DNA from: Octopus vulgaris
Lineage: Eukaryota
Length of the DNA: 64,000 nucleotides
Direction: 5' to 3'
NCBI GenBank assembly: GCA_951406725.2
Contig: OX597817.1
Location: 113,956,001 to 114,020,000 of the forward strand
A program made the translations under genes and the position numbers. Below the pieces are notes generated by a model. That model was not told the origin of the DNA. It was given only the letters and a program-made list of their open reading frames with translations, and made no database searches. Below are positions 27,197-40,558 of this stretch, piece after piece. How positions within the stretch are numbered: position 1 is the stretch's first letter; every line of letters starts with the position of its first letter.

Positions 27197-28399
27197 TGAC
27201 TGAACTATTAGATGCAACCCACTTATATATTTTAGCTATAACATCTGCTGAGGACCATACTTCCTATTACACCATACTGTAAGATATGCAGTGTGGCTAC
27301 TTGTATACTTGACACTTTCTCGTCCAGCCTTTTTTTTTTAATCTTCAATCAAGCAGGTCTTTGATGAAAGGCAAGTTAGCCATGAGCACCTCATCTCTGA
27401 TTACATTATCCAATATTGTTTTAAAAAGAAATTTTTGGAAAATTTATCAATAAAATGTATTGAAACTATAAAATGAATGAATGACTATGCTGATCCTTAT
27501 GGCCGAGGGTCGGGTGTTTCAGTCTTGTGCTGCACTCATACACTTTGCTATAGTCCACCCTGTTTAGTCTTTGATGTCATTACTCTATCTTTATGTTTGT
27601 TGCCTGTGAGCCCATTTTCTAGCTATCCATCTCCTGAGGATGTAGGTACAGAGGATCAGGACTCTGATAATATGGCCAAAATATTGCAGATTTTGCTGTC
27701 TGGCCATCATCACTCACTTTTATTCTATTTCTATCTGCTTCAGGATTAAATCATTCATTTTGCAGGTCACCCAACTGATCCACAGGTTTACCTGTTGTAT
27801 GTCATCTCAAATGTGCTTAGTTGCTTGGTGTCTGTTACTCTTAGGTCCTTATTTTATATTTTATACCCATACAATGCTTTTGGCCAGACCAGGGTTTTTT
27901 AGAAGTTTCAGCCTGATGTTTTGCTGAGGTTGCAGTCTCTAGATATTGTATTGAATGACTGATTTAATCACTGATATATTGTAAATATCTTTAACCCTTT
28001 AGTATTCAGATGTCTCTGTCAAATGTAATACTTATTTATTCACATTATTTTGAATTATTTATGCATTATCTCATAGATTCAAGATTTTGATGGTGCAGTT
28101 GTTTATTTCTAAAATGACATTGTGAGAGACTGGGTCTGGCCAGTTTGAACATAAAACAAGCAGAATATTTTGGCTGCATATGGACAGTTTAAATGCTAAA
28201 GGATTGAGGCAGTTTATAGTGTCCTTGTAGTTGTCGCAGTCTAGAATAAATTCGAATACATGTGAAGTTTATGAATGCATGTAGTCTACTGAGATGAAGT
28301 ACAATGGCAAAAAAATTTTCAAGCATGTATAATCAGTGTTTGAATCTAGAAGACACAAACTGAGAAGAAATTGTGTTGAGTTGCTTGGGACAACTGTAA

Positions 28400-29010
28400 G
28401 ATGTTAGGTGAGAACTTGCTCATCATTTGATGAGACTAGATATTCTGCTCATCTCACTTTAATTAAAACAAGTGATTCTAATTGAACTCATTGTGCCATA
28501 TAAAACCAGAAGGTCACATTTACATCTGGCTGAAAAATTTGACTGTTTAGCTATCAGATCAAAAAAAATCTGGTATCCAAATCGAAGTCCTTGCCATAGA
28601 AGTAGGTGTGAGAGGATTTGTAGCCAAATCTGCCTTTGATCTCGTAAAACAGATCTTGATTTCTTAGAGAAAGAGAAGCAGAGCTCTTAAGGCAATGGCA
28701 GAAGCAGCTGAGAAGAGTTTGAACTGGATCTGATCAAAGAGGAATGACAGTGAATTTCAGAAAGCATAATTTACTCAACATTCAACATGTATCTTTGACT
28801 GAACTGGTTACAGCATTCAAAGAACCTTGGTTCTAGGGTGTCTTGACTATCCAGTAAGGTTTCAATGCTTACAGTAGCATAGAACATAGTTACAGAGGGT
28901 TGTCCAATAGTCATGATCTGGATGTGGATCTCTTAGAATGTAAAAAGTTAAGAGCTGAAACACTTGCATTATAGGGGCTTCTCTGAAGACCTGCTGTTCA
29001 CCTTTCCCTA
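28400..29010 (+). mobile_element. HERO-clade non-LTR retrotransposon 3' end (RLE domain and 3'UTR)
   Basis: MRLDILLIS..KQVILIELIVPY...EKFDCLA...IEVLAIEVGVRGFVAKSAFDL...RSRALKAMAEAAEKSLNWI*SKRN, the typical HERO C-terminus. Confidence 0.75.
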
Positions 29011-29239
29011 GAGTTTCTTACTACCTGTAACATGAAGGCTAATTTAAATAAGGGAGGAAAGTCACTTGTTGTATGTTACATTCTGAAAGGAATGCTGAAT
29101 CTTAATAAATGCTAAATATAAGGCTTGGCAATCTGAAAGATTACTTGCTGACTAATTATTTGATGACTGATATTGACTGTAAGTCACATTGATCTCAAAA
29201 TCTAAAAGGGCTTGTAAAGATCATGGCTGCTTCCTTCTT

Positions 29240-29945
29240 TTCTCTCTCTCTCTTGTATCATGGCATATTCATGCCGTTGATGAATCATAGCTTGTTCCTC
29301 CTCCATTTATTTCTGTCTCTCGCAACATCACCCAGATCTTTCTCGCTCTGCACGTTCATTCTTTTCTTCATCCAGCCAAACATCTTCATTCTCTGCCTTC
29401 CTCTCGCTCTCCTTCCCACCAGTTCAATCTCCACCATGTAACGCTCCATTCCGTCATCTCTGAGAAAATGACCAACAAATCTCCACTGTCTCTTTCTGAT
29501 AGTATCCATCAACTGTCTCTTCACTTTCATCTTCTTTAACACTTCCACATTTGTCCACCCTCTGTACCCTCGAGATTCTAAGCATTTTTCTATAAAATCA
29601 CATTTCTGCAGTTTTGAGTCCCTTCTTCATGACTTTGCTTATCGTCCAAGACTCACATCTATACGTTAGCACTGACCAGATGTAGCACTTCAATAGTCTT
29701 TTCTTGACTTCCATTCCAATTCGCTTTCCACACACACACACACACACACACACAAAAAAAGCACCTCATATCCACAAAAGTCATCTTTGCTAATCCAATT
29801 CTGCACTTGTTGTCCTTATCTGACCTTCTATCTGATGCTATCCAACTTCCCAGATATATGAAACTGTCCTTCTGCTTTATCCAAGTTCCATTCACCGTCA
29901 AGCGACATGCAGGTACCTGTGCTTTCTTGGTACAGACCATTGTCA
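29240..29945 (-). mobile_element. RTE-like LINE 3' fragment
   Basis: KQKDSFIYLGSWIASDRRSDKDNKCRIGLAK and EVLKKMKVKRQLMDTIRKRQWRFVGHFLR...GRRARGRQR...ARDRNKWR. Confidence 0.85.
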
Positions 29946-31892
29946 AGAAGCTGTTACTATTCCAATTATGTATGAAAATGATAACATTTACTGTACACAA
30001 GTTTGTTTATATGTTGTTTTGTGATTGTCCTAACTCAGCTCTGATCCAGATTTATGATCAAAGATATTCTAGCCATGACCATCTCATATCTCTGATATTG
30101 TCTCTAAGACAGCATTATATAATGTGGCCTTTGGTGTTTTATATATTTTTTTTAATATTCTAGTGTGTGATATAACGGAGATTTGGTTGCTGTTTCTTGT
30201 TACTCCAGCAACCATATAGAGACTCCCTCTTTGGTTTATCTCTTTATATGTAGTTATATAATTTTTGACATGGAATGAAATATACTTGTGGCAGCTTGCC
30301 ACAAGTATCAAACTATAGTTTCAAACATTATAGTTCTTATTAGAGTTTGTTTAACATTGTTGTATTATGAGAAGAGAGAAGAAATAGAGTTACATTAAAA
30401 ATCCATTTAAATTCGCATGGTATAACATAATTTGCATATTTAGGCTAATTTGATAATCATGAAAATGTTCAAAACTGCAATCTTTCAACAGTCACAGCTT
30501 GTTGCCAAGATTTTAGGTCAGCCATGGGCAAGCTGCAGCTGGAGGGTCACATGCAGCTTGTGGGATAATCTCAGTACTTATTGAAAAATTACTTAAAAAT
30601 TTTTTTAGTAATGTGGCCTGCTTGACGAGCCATATCTCATGTAGCCCGCTTCTTGGAAACAGTTGCTCATGCCTGGTTCAAGTTATATTCCCTCATATAA
30701 CATGTAGGCTAATATAAATAAGAGAGAGAACTCATTTGTCACATGTTACATACTGAAAAGGTTTAGAAGTTTGCTTCACAGTCAAGAGATGCCAGATTTG
30801 ATCTCACTATGTATGCCTTAGGCAAGAGCCTTTTGACATTTCCTTAAGTTGACTTAAGCCTTGTGAATAGAACAGGATGTACAAAGCAGGTATAGAATAC
30901 TGATGGTTGGATTGTACACGTAATTCAAAGATCCAGCCTTGTTACACTCCACCTTGCTGATTCTGCATGACGATTCTGTTAGCCATTTAGCATTTAAAAC
31001 GACCATATCCGGCCCAAATATTCTACCTGTTTCATGCTCAGACTGGCCAGGTCTGGCTTCTCACACCTATTCTACAATGTCATTGTAAAAATAAAGTATC
31101 ACGTCATTGAAATATTGAAACTGCAAGATAATACCTAATTAATTAAAAACAATGTGAGTATATAAGCATTACATTTGATAGACTAATCTGAGTGCTAAAT
31201 GGTTAAAGAAACAAGTGTCTGTAGGATACTCAGCTACTTACATGTTAATTCACAGAGCAGATAATTCAGTCGACTCTAAAACTGAAAACTCATTGTAGAA
31301 ACTGACTGAGATCCAGGTATACTAAGTTTAAGAATGTTCATGTTGAGTTGGTGGACTAATTATATTTTAACAATTTCAATTTTTGTAATGAATGAGGAAG
31401 TATTCATTATGGTATGTATACGGGCATGTGGTTAAAAAATTTTGTTTTGCAAAATCATGGTTCTTGGTTCAATTTCATTGTATAGAACATTGAATATCTT
31501 CTACAATAACATTAGATTGACTGCAGCGTCACCAAAAGCAAGGGAGAGAACTTGTTCATTATTTGTTAAATTATTAAAGGAAACAAGACAGTAAAACTGA
31601 GTAGACCACCATGTCTTTGGATGCCTTCAGCAGAGACGACTTTGTTCTCAACATTCAGACCAGGGATCTGGTGCTAGAATTGATAACTCAATAAATGGAT
31701 ATGTTGTTTCCTAGATTTGTAGGTTCTCCATGGACACTATTCTTTCTCTTCCCATTAAGCCAAAATATGAATGTATGTATGTATGGATGCATGTATGCAT
31801 GCATTCAGTCAGTCTGTCATCATTTAACATCTATTTTCCATGCTGCTATATATGATATATGCGTGTGTGTGTGAGTGTATATATATATACAT

Positions 31893-33045
31893 CTGCATTT
31901 GACTCAACTTGTGATGATTTTGACTTGACCATCAACATGAAAAAAAACAGTTGTAATGCACCAGCCTGTGTGTAGTACTGTTTGTAAACCCACTAAAATT
32001 TTTGTTAAGGGTAAGTTACTTGAGGTTGTTGATATGTTCATCTACCTTGGAAGCTCTGTACAAAATGATGGAATTCTTGATACAGAAATACATCTGTGAA
32101 TTCAAAGGGCATCAAAAGCATTTGGTGGCTTGGAGTGACATGTTTGGTGCCAGCAACAAATAAATAAGAATACAAAGCTGGCTCTTTACAAATCATTTGT
32201 TTTACCATTCCTGTTGTATTCTTGTTATGAAAAGCATTTTAAATTGTTAGAACAATTCCACCAAAAATGTCTTCATCGCATTTTAAACATTAAATGGAGT
32301 TCTTTTACTCCAAACGCAGATCTCCTTGCATCTGCAGGTATCACCTCAATTAAAGCTATGATTTTGAGGAACCAAATGAGATGGTGTGGCCATATTATTT
32401 GAATGGCAAGATGAACGCATGCCGAAACAGCTGTTTTATGGTGAGCTTGCAGAGGTTAAACGCTATTGGCATTATCCTAAAATAAGGTTTAAGGATGGCA
32501 TAATGACTACTATGAAGTCACTTGGAATGGATCCAGTACACATAGAAACCCTTGCTTTGGATCGAGCTGGATGGTGAACAAAAGTGTGGAGTGAAAGTGT
32601 TTGAAGAGGTCAGGATAACGCATATAAAACTCAAAAGAGATCTAAGGAAGAATGTTGCAATCGATAAAGTGAATAACAATGACCTTTTTGTGTGTACACT
32701 TTGTGACAGACCATGCCTTTCTTTTGCTGGGCTCAAATCTCATTTGCTAACCCATGGAAAAAAGAACCTTCACCAACTATTATGCCTATACGTCTGTGCA
32801 CACCTTTGAATGCAGTGTATGCCAGAAGGTTTGCAAATCTAATGGCTGCCTCAAGAGACATTTTAAGATCCACAAAATCAGAACTTATCTGCTGCTCTTG
32901 GTGGTTCAAATTGGATGTGCAATCTACGTGGGTGTCTTTTCAGAACATTGTCCAGTTTAAAAAACCACATCAGTGCCATGATGGTTCTAAGGTGTAGGTA
33001 CAGGAAGTGGTCAAACTTTGCATACGGAGTAGACAACCACCATAT
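31893..33045 (+). mobile_element. RTE-BovB-like LINE 3' fragment with C-terminal C2H2 zinc fingers
   Basis: LEVVDMFIYLGS, LEQFHQKCLHRILNIKW, QMRWCGHI, RMPKQLFYGEL, then CTLCDRPCLSFAGLKSHLLTH and CSVCQKVCKSNGCLKRHFKIH. Confidence 0.85.
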
Positions 33046-35031
33046 GCATATATATATATATAATGTGATGTTAGCATCAAGCAGAGTTTAGGCATATGCA
33101 GAATTTAGGTTACTTAAACTATGTTCATTACATATTTCAATTGCTAAAAGGCAAATTCACTGCAGTTACTGTAGAGAAAATATTTCTCTTATTATTATTT
33201 TTTTTTTTTAGTTTCAGCTCAGAGCTGCGGCAATACTGATGCACCACTGTTATTGTAAAAAGGTGTGAAAACACCCTATTTGTCCAGTGCCTAAACTCTG
33301 CTTGACACTAGCATTTCGTAATTTTCCCATCCCGTTGATAAAAGCCAGGTATAAGATGAACAGAAACAAAGAAAGCATACCACATTCATTTGTGTATAGA
33401 ATGTACTCACATATAATACACAATTATAATTATAAGCAATGAAATTTGGAAAAAAAATCACCTTTCCTCTATAGTATGCACTAACAATTTGTTTTAGGTA
33501 TTATGTTATGTGTGGAAAAGGTGTGTTTAGCCAGATTTATCATAACTACTGTATAAAATATATTGTAAAAGTTTATGCATTCTAAACAAAACAAAGAGTA
33601 AATTCAAAAATGATCATTGATCTTACTGGTGTAGGCCATGAAAGTGTACCTGTCATGAAGTCAGCATTGAAGGAATCATATGTTTTTCATAGAATAAAAA
33701 AAGAGAAAAAGTATGTATTATACACAAATAAATATGGTACAAAACAGAAAAGCTATCTGTAAACTCTGGCATGAAGAATAAAGGTTCCAGGGGTTTAGAT
33801 ATATCTAAAAATTGCATGAAACTGACAGGATTTAAAATTCAATTCAGTCACTCCTACTCGTGAACTAGTAAATTATATTTAAATGTAAAATTAGCAATCT
33901 GCTTAATGGAAGTTTATTATTATACATTTGATTACTACCAGTACTTTATGCTCTTAGCTCAAATCCAGCCAAGATCAGTTTTGCTTTTTATCCATCTAGG
34001 GTTGATAAAATAATCTACCATTCAAATACTTAGGTTTGACGATATTGGTTAATCCTCTTCCCATAAAATTGCTGGCCCTGTGCCTAAATCAGAAATAATT
34101 ATTATACAACAATTATTGCATAACAGTCACAATTTATTGGTTCAGTCTTTGGTTGGATAACAGTTTATTATCACTAGTTTCAGTTAGAATTAGTGAAAGA
34201 TCATCATCTCTTGTTAACTAAAATTAATGTTAGGAAAACAAAAAAGTGTTGAATGGACCAGGTTTCATGTTTCTAATTGTTACCATTTCATTTTAATCTT
34301 GCTACTGGCACAATTTCAACATGTCAGGGCTATATTCAATACTGTTTAAAACACACTGTTTATATTAGGTTCATCTTATTTTATACATTTATTCATTTGT
34401 TCCCAATAGTATTAATCAAGGTGGCAAATTAACAGAATTATTAAAGTGTTCTATGGAATACCTTGTGATATTTGTTTTGGCTTTTTGTATTTTGAGTTCA
34501 AATATCATAAGGGATCATTTTTGTTTTTCATCTTTTTGGCGTTGATAGATTAATAATTAAATGCCAGTCAACTATTGAGATTGATAATACTTGATCAGTA
34601 TTGTTAAATACTGATCAAGTATTAGGTTTGATTCTTCTCTTTCTGAATTGGCTATGTTGCACTGTGAGAAGGGTTGTGAGGAACCATTCATTGCATCATT
34701 TTTTTTCTCCAGAGCTATCCAAGGATGAAGTGTTTTGAAGTACACATGATGCACAAATTAAGAAAGAAGAGAGCAAAGCTTTTTTGTCACAATTTATGAC
34801 CTAGTTACTGACTCTCCATCCTAGTGACCTGTATTTTTAAATACCCAGTGAAAGATTTTTCTTTTTGATACTTAAATATTTTTTATACTATTGTAAACTT
34901 ATTTATATGATATTTTTCCCAAATTCAGAAACTTGATGTTGATATCTAAATTTAATATTCAAAACAAAATTAAAATTTCTTAATTTCTCTATTGGTTGTA
35001 TTTTCATGCAATTAAATTTTCTTTTCTTCAG

Positions 35032-35160
35032 AGGCCTACTGCATGACAGCAAACAGAATCTACAAACATGTGGCCTTATTATTCTTCTAATTGCTAAAGC
35101 TGCTGGCTCCTGTCCTAATTCCACTCTTGATGACACCAGGGTTGGTGGAATTTACCCAAA
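35032..35160 (+). CDS. PDSS2: PDSS2 coding exon 2 (not in ORF track)
   Basis: Acceptor ttttcttttcttcAG and donor GTAAGT at 35161. Phase 2 to phase 2, giving (K)GLLHDSKQNLQTCGLIILLIAKAAGSCPNSTLDDTRVGGIYP, which matches PDSS2 GLVHD...LQLRGLVVLLISKAAG...GIY. Confidence 0.92.
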
Positions 35161-35589
35161 GTAAGTATTATTCACAATTAAGTATTAAATATCTATTTCA
35201 GTTTTAGATGTTTTCACAAATTTTTTTAGAAATTGCATATTGGAAACTTTAGTATAATTTGATAACTGGGAAAAGAATGCTCTGAATAGTGCAGTTCACT
35301 GTATTACTGACTTGTTTAGTCTTAGCTCTGATCAAGCAGACTTCCAGCAATGAAAATCCCATTTCTTTTTTATATCTGGGACTACATTGTCAGATGTGCA
35401 CTTTACTCCTGTTTATCATCAAGTCTACTCTTGTCATTTGTTTTGATAACCATCCTTATATTTTTTCAGGCATATTATATCTTAAATTATGTTACCTAAT
35501 GTATTTCTTTGAAGACATTAGGATATTTGAGGGTGATTTGGCTTCCATTTTTAGCAGGTTGAACAGCCACTTAGAGGCTGCTATCCTTT

Positions 35590-37140
35590 TTCAAGAGGTA
35601 CAACCAGTTTGAGTTGCCACTCAGTAACCCATTGCTGCATTGTGTCTAGGTTAGATTGTAGGAAAGATCTAGAGTATATAGGGTCTGTTCTTTTTATCTC
35701 AAGGTACAGGTTAGTGTTGTCTATGTATTTTAGCACAGTAACATGCTTTAAGTTGGCATCTATTTCATTTAATATGTAACAAACAACATAGGACCAAAAG
35801 CAGATCTGCACGGGACACAAAAATATCATTAATTCACAGAATGTTGTCTGAAAAATGAAAGACTTCAACCAGTTATAAAGATTAGCCTTCACAACCATTG
35901 CAGCGAGCTTTGCCAAAATTAAAGACCAGCAAAGTTGAGATAGCATCCACCCATGAGCTGCCATTTGTGATTTGGGTGATGTCTTCAAGAAATTCAATGT
36001 GTTGGCCACAGAAACTGTAATCCAATTTGTGAGGGTTGAACAAAGTTATGAGAATTCCAGAAGTTCCAGAATGTCTTTCTGACACAAGACTTCATCAATT
36101 TGGCAATACAGCTAGTGAGACTAACTGAATGATAATTGACTGGTGATGTATGGCCACTCTTTTTGAATAGAGGAATAATGCTGGCAATTTTTCACTGTTG
36201 TGGAGTAACATAGTTATTAAGGCAGAATTAGAAGACGAATGAAAGCTGATGCAGTAGAAAGAACCCATTGCATTTGAGAAGCAGATAAGTAACATCTTTA
36301 AGACCAGGGGAAGCATAGATGTACGTATACTTCAGATAGTGTTCTAGCTTTGCAGGAGTAAATTCAATAGCTGTTATAGAATTTGTTGTCAGTAACATTG
36401 AAGATGGTACATTTGGATTTTCAACAGTAAAGATGCCAGCATAGCATTCAGCTTTTAGTTCTCTGCACTGTTTGGGATCATCAGGAATCTGATCTGTGTG
36501 GGATTATGAAGATGGACAGCTGGAGCATGAGGCCTCTGATTTGACTGCACATATTTCCATAATATTTTCTATCTAGGTTGACATCTGTGTGTGGTTTAAA
36601 TTCAAATACCGTCTATTTGATATGGTTGGATGCTTTCTTAAATTCAAATACCACCTGTTTGATATGGTTGGATGCTTTCTTGTACTGTCTTCTATTATCC
36701 CCTATGTTATGTAATCTATTTTTGTAATCAGCAACTTGTCATTTTCTTACCGTTCTTTCTTGGCAAGGTGGACTGCTGCAGTCTACCAATTTGTGTCTTT
36801 GGGGTTCTAATGCACTCACATGATTCTGATGCTGTGTATGCTGCCCAGACTGAATTATGAATCTTCTGAAGAATAGTATTAACGTTTGCAGCATTGTAAG
36901 ATATAAGCCAGTTTGGGTACTGTAACTCAGTACAATAGGAGCTCCAGTCAGCTTTGTTCCAGTCATAGTAAGCTGTTTGGAGGTGGTGGCTGTTTCTCTT
37001 ACAGACTGACATGATTATAGCATGATTGGAGTTGCCTAAAGGTTCCTCAGTAGTGACACTAACAACAGTTTTAAGCATAGTGGCAAAATAGCAGATCCAA
37101 ATCGTTGTTACCCCTTGTTGGTGAGATGACTACTTGGGGC
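35590..37140 (-). mobile_element. Old CR1-like LINE relic (end of APE domain through RT)
   Basis: EPLGNSNHAII, YDWNKADW, NLYNWLKSF, LKYIDNTNLY (decayed YADD), LQSNLDTMQQWVTEWQL. Confidence 0.75.
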
Positions 37141-37235
37141 CAGTTTGAATCCTGCACTTTAAATATTTGTTTATATATGTATGTACAAGGCTGAGATAAT
37201 ATCATTGTGGTAAGTAGTTAGCTTTGTAACCACAT

Positions 37236-39343
37236 CCCTGATGATGTTGTCCTCAGTTGACGAACTATGGTCATCCCTCAAAGCATATGTAATCTGTTTG
37301 ACTGACCAGGCAGTTCCCGTTGGGCTTCCCAGGAGGAAGAAACACAAGCCCTGGGTGACGAAGAAGGTTAAACGAGAACGTTGACTCAGAGATATTGCTT
37401 GGGCTGAATTCAAAAATCTGGATTCGACTGCAGCTTTTGAGGTGTACAAAACTCAACGAGACCGAGCCGTGAAAATTGAAAAGAAAGAACGCTTCAGTTA
37501 TGAATACAAAATCGCGGCAAATGCCAGTAGCAATCCAAAAACCTTCTTTGCCCATGTCCAGTGGAATTCCCGCTTAAACAACCAGATTGCAACGTTGGTA
37601 GACTCAACAGGCGTATCGATTGAGGACCCTTATCAACAGAGTCAATTATTTGCTGAGGCTTTTTCAACTATTTTCAAACAAGATGATGGTCGTGAACCCC
37701 TCCATTTGATAGATCGGTACCTCCAATGCTTCGATTGGTCATCACGCGGGATGAAGTCAAACGTGTTATTCAAGGCCTCGATGTCAACAAGGGTCACGGC
37801 CCTGACGGCATACACCCACGGGTTATCAAAGCGTTGGCTCCAGTCATCTGCGGGCCCTTAACACGACTATTCAATATGTCATTGGCGATGGGTGTTATAC
37901 CTGCAGACTGGAGAACAGCGATAATCTGCCCAATTTTCAAGAAAGGGAGCCGCAAAGACCCGCTTAACTACCGACCGGTTTCCCTTACATCAATAATCAG
38001 CAAGATGTTCGAAACCATCCTTAAGAAAAGTATGATGCTCCACCTCCTAAACACAGCCTCTATCTCTGATTCCCAACATGGCTTCGTGCCGAAGAGATCA
38101 TGCTTGACCAACTTACTAGTAATGGAAGAATTGGTGACGTGCATCCTCGATGATAGTGATGCTGTTGACATCGTTTTATTGGACTTTGCCAAAGCTTTTG
38201 ACTCGGTAAACCACTGCCTATTACTTGTCAAGCTTCAAGCATATAGTTTCCATCCGGATATTGTACGATGGGTTGGTGCCTTCCTCTCTGATCGCTCCTT
38301 CCAAGTCCAAGTTAATGGTTCGCGGTCCGACGTCTCCAGTGCGAGCAGTGGCGTGCCTCAAGGTTCAGTGCTTGGGCCCTTGTTGTTCTTAGTCTTCATA
38401 AATGACTTGCCCGACGACCTCACGCAACACACCCTTCTATTTGCCGACGATATCAAACTGGTTGCTCCTCGCGGTAATATAGAGGATCTTCGTCGATGCC
38501 TCCACCAAATTTGGAAGTGGTCTAACGATTGGGACCTGTGTCTGAACGTGTCAAAGTGCTGTCATCTGCCTGTCGGCTCTACTCCTGCAACTCAACTTGA
38601 TTTCGAGCCGGGTCGTCTGCTGCTGGAGAGGACCGATCAGGTAAAGGACCTGGGTATCTTGGTGGATTCGTCCTTTTCGCCTTCGGCCCAGTGCGTCCAT
38701 GCTGCCAACAAAGCACGCGGAATTCTGTTCTTGATTCGACGGTCATTCGGAATGCTCACAGCAGCCATATTCCTACCACTCTATGTCACGCTGGTGAGAC
38801 CCATATTGGAGTATGGGATTCAAGCCTCTTCTCCTTATCTCCTCAAAGACATACAGCATCTCGAAAGAGTCCAGAAGCTGGCTACCCGCATGGTTCATGG
38901 TCTCAAAAATTTGTCCTACGAAGAAAGGCTGAGGACGCTCGACCTTTATTCTCTTGAAAAACGCCGCCGCCGTGGTGATCTCATTCTCGCCCACAACATC
39001 ATAAGCGGAAAGTGTAACCTCTCGAAAGAGCTGTTCTTCACTCCTGCTCCAGAGCGTCAGCTGCGGGGTCATTCCGAAAAGCTCTACCTGCGACGATTTC
39101 ATCTCAATCGAAGGAGAGGAGCTTTCTCCGTCCAGGTTGCGGATCCGTGGAACAAGCTGCCAGACGAGATGGTAAATATGCCGACGACCGCTTTGTTCAA
39201 AGCCTCCCTGGACCTCAAGTGGCCTGAACTCTTTACATGAACACCACCCTGTACTTAACTCCATGTCCCCCTACATGGCCTTGCTATTTGCTTTTGAGCC
39301 AAATTAACTAACTAACTAACTAACTAACTAACTAGCTAACTAA
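37236..39343 (+). mobile_element. Young 5'-truncated CR1-clade LINE with open RT region and (TAAC)n tail
   Basis: 504-aa ORF 37726-39240 (GPDGIHPR, NYRPVSLTS, DFAKAFDSV, GVPQGSVLGPLLF, FADD at 38440, LRGH, WNKLP). The upstream part has one stop (37382) and one frameshift (about 37700). Confidence 0.95.
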
Positions 39344-39439
39344 CATGGTATTAGGTTCCATCCAAGTGTATAACATCTTCAGCAAGTGTCCTCTACTTGT
39401 AGCCTTTGGTTGACCAATACCTTGTGACTGAAAATAGTA

Positions 39440-39600
39440 GCAGAAGATAGATACTGTAGAAGACAAAGACTGTAGAAGACAGATACTGTACAGAAGCCTA
39501 GAGTATATAGGGTCTGTTCAGATACTGTACAGAAGACAGAGACTGTAGAAGACAGATACTGTACACAACCCTAGAGTATATAGGGTCTGTTCTTTTTCAC
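39440..39600. repeat. Mosaic short tandem repeat
   Basis: Interleaved units actgtagaagaca and agatactgtaca, plus two copies of ctagagtatatagggtctgttc. Confidence 0.8.
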
Positions 39601-40365
39601 TGTATGTATGTCTGTATATCTCTGTTGAAGTTTTTGTGTAACTGATTCTGATGGTAGGTATGGAAGCTGTAAAAAGAAACCCGAAAAGGTGTAACTCTTT
39701 ACTTGAATTCTTCTGTTGAATAATTCTTACAAAACATCCCATAATATCTGATTGGTCACTTAGTTCCTATTGGATTTCAGTCTTTGTTATTAAAGCATAA
39801 TGATGTGTTTGGTACATTCTTGAACAGTTGATTACATTTTACTGTTCATATTAGCTGGACCTGAAATTAATGCCTACTTTTGTTGTTTCTGTTAATGGGG
39901 TCTGCTTTGTTAGAGAAAGAGAGATGATGTGTGAATGTGAATGTGTGAGTGAATTATAGAATGTATTCATAAGTATTGTATTGGCAGTAATATAAAGTGT
40001 AGCAAATAGCTGTCATCCCTTCATATTTTTCACACAAAGAATGATACATTTTATCATAATTAACTTCTAAACCTCAAGAAATTTATGTTGGAATTGTTTC
40101 ACTTATCTAATACCAATCTGCCTAAAACTGTCTTGGTTCAGTGATACGAAATTTCTGTTTTTAAGTAATCTTAATTAAAATCTTCCATCAAAATTCCATG
40201 TTAATTTATATTCCAAACACCAGGTTAAAAACCACTAAATTAATTTAATAAATTCTTTATTATTTTCAAAATTATTTGAAACAAGGTGTATTTCAACAAT
40301 AATATGATAGCAAAAAAGGTTACAATGTTGATGACTGAATATCATTTTATGTTTTACATTTTCAG

Positions 40366-40558
40366 CCAGCGCTGTCTTGCTGAATTAACTGAGATGATTC
40401 ATACAGCAACTCTTATTCATAAAGGAGTTTTAAATCTGAAGACAGTTGACAAAAGTGAGAAACGCAATTTAGACTTTGGTAACAAAATGGCCATTTTGAG
40501 TGGTGACTTCCTTTTGGCCTCTGCATGTTCTGCGCTTGCTAAATTAAACAACACAAAA
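40366..40558 (+). CDS. PDSS2: PDSS2 coding exon 3
   Basis: Acceptor ttttcAG and donor GTAAGT at 40559. Encodes (N)[24 protein letters not shown]...[28 protein letters not shown]. The first Asp-rich motif position reads HKGV rather than HDDV, diagnostic of subunit 2 rather than PDSS1. Confidence 0.95.

Noticed and set aside
36596-36681. About 41-nt tandem duplication within the old CR1 relic
   Set aside because: Real, but an ordinary slippage duplication with no further implication.
38773-39264. 163-aa antisense ORF over the CR1 RT
   Set aside because: Expected shadow ORF in a GC-rich coding region, with no recognisable motifs.
39440-39600. CRISPR-like appearance of alternating short units
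   Set aside because: Eukaryotic context, no constant repeat with unique spacers and no cas genes; better explained as a templated mosaic.
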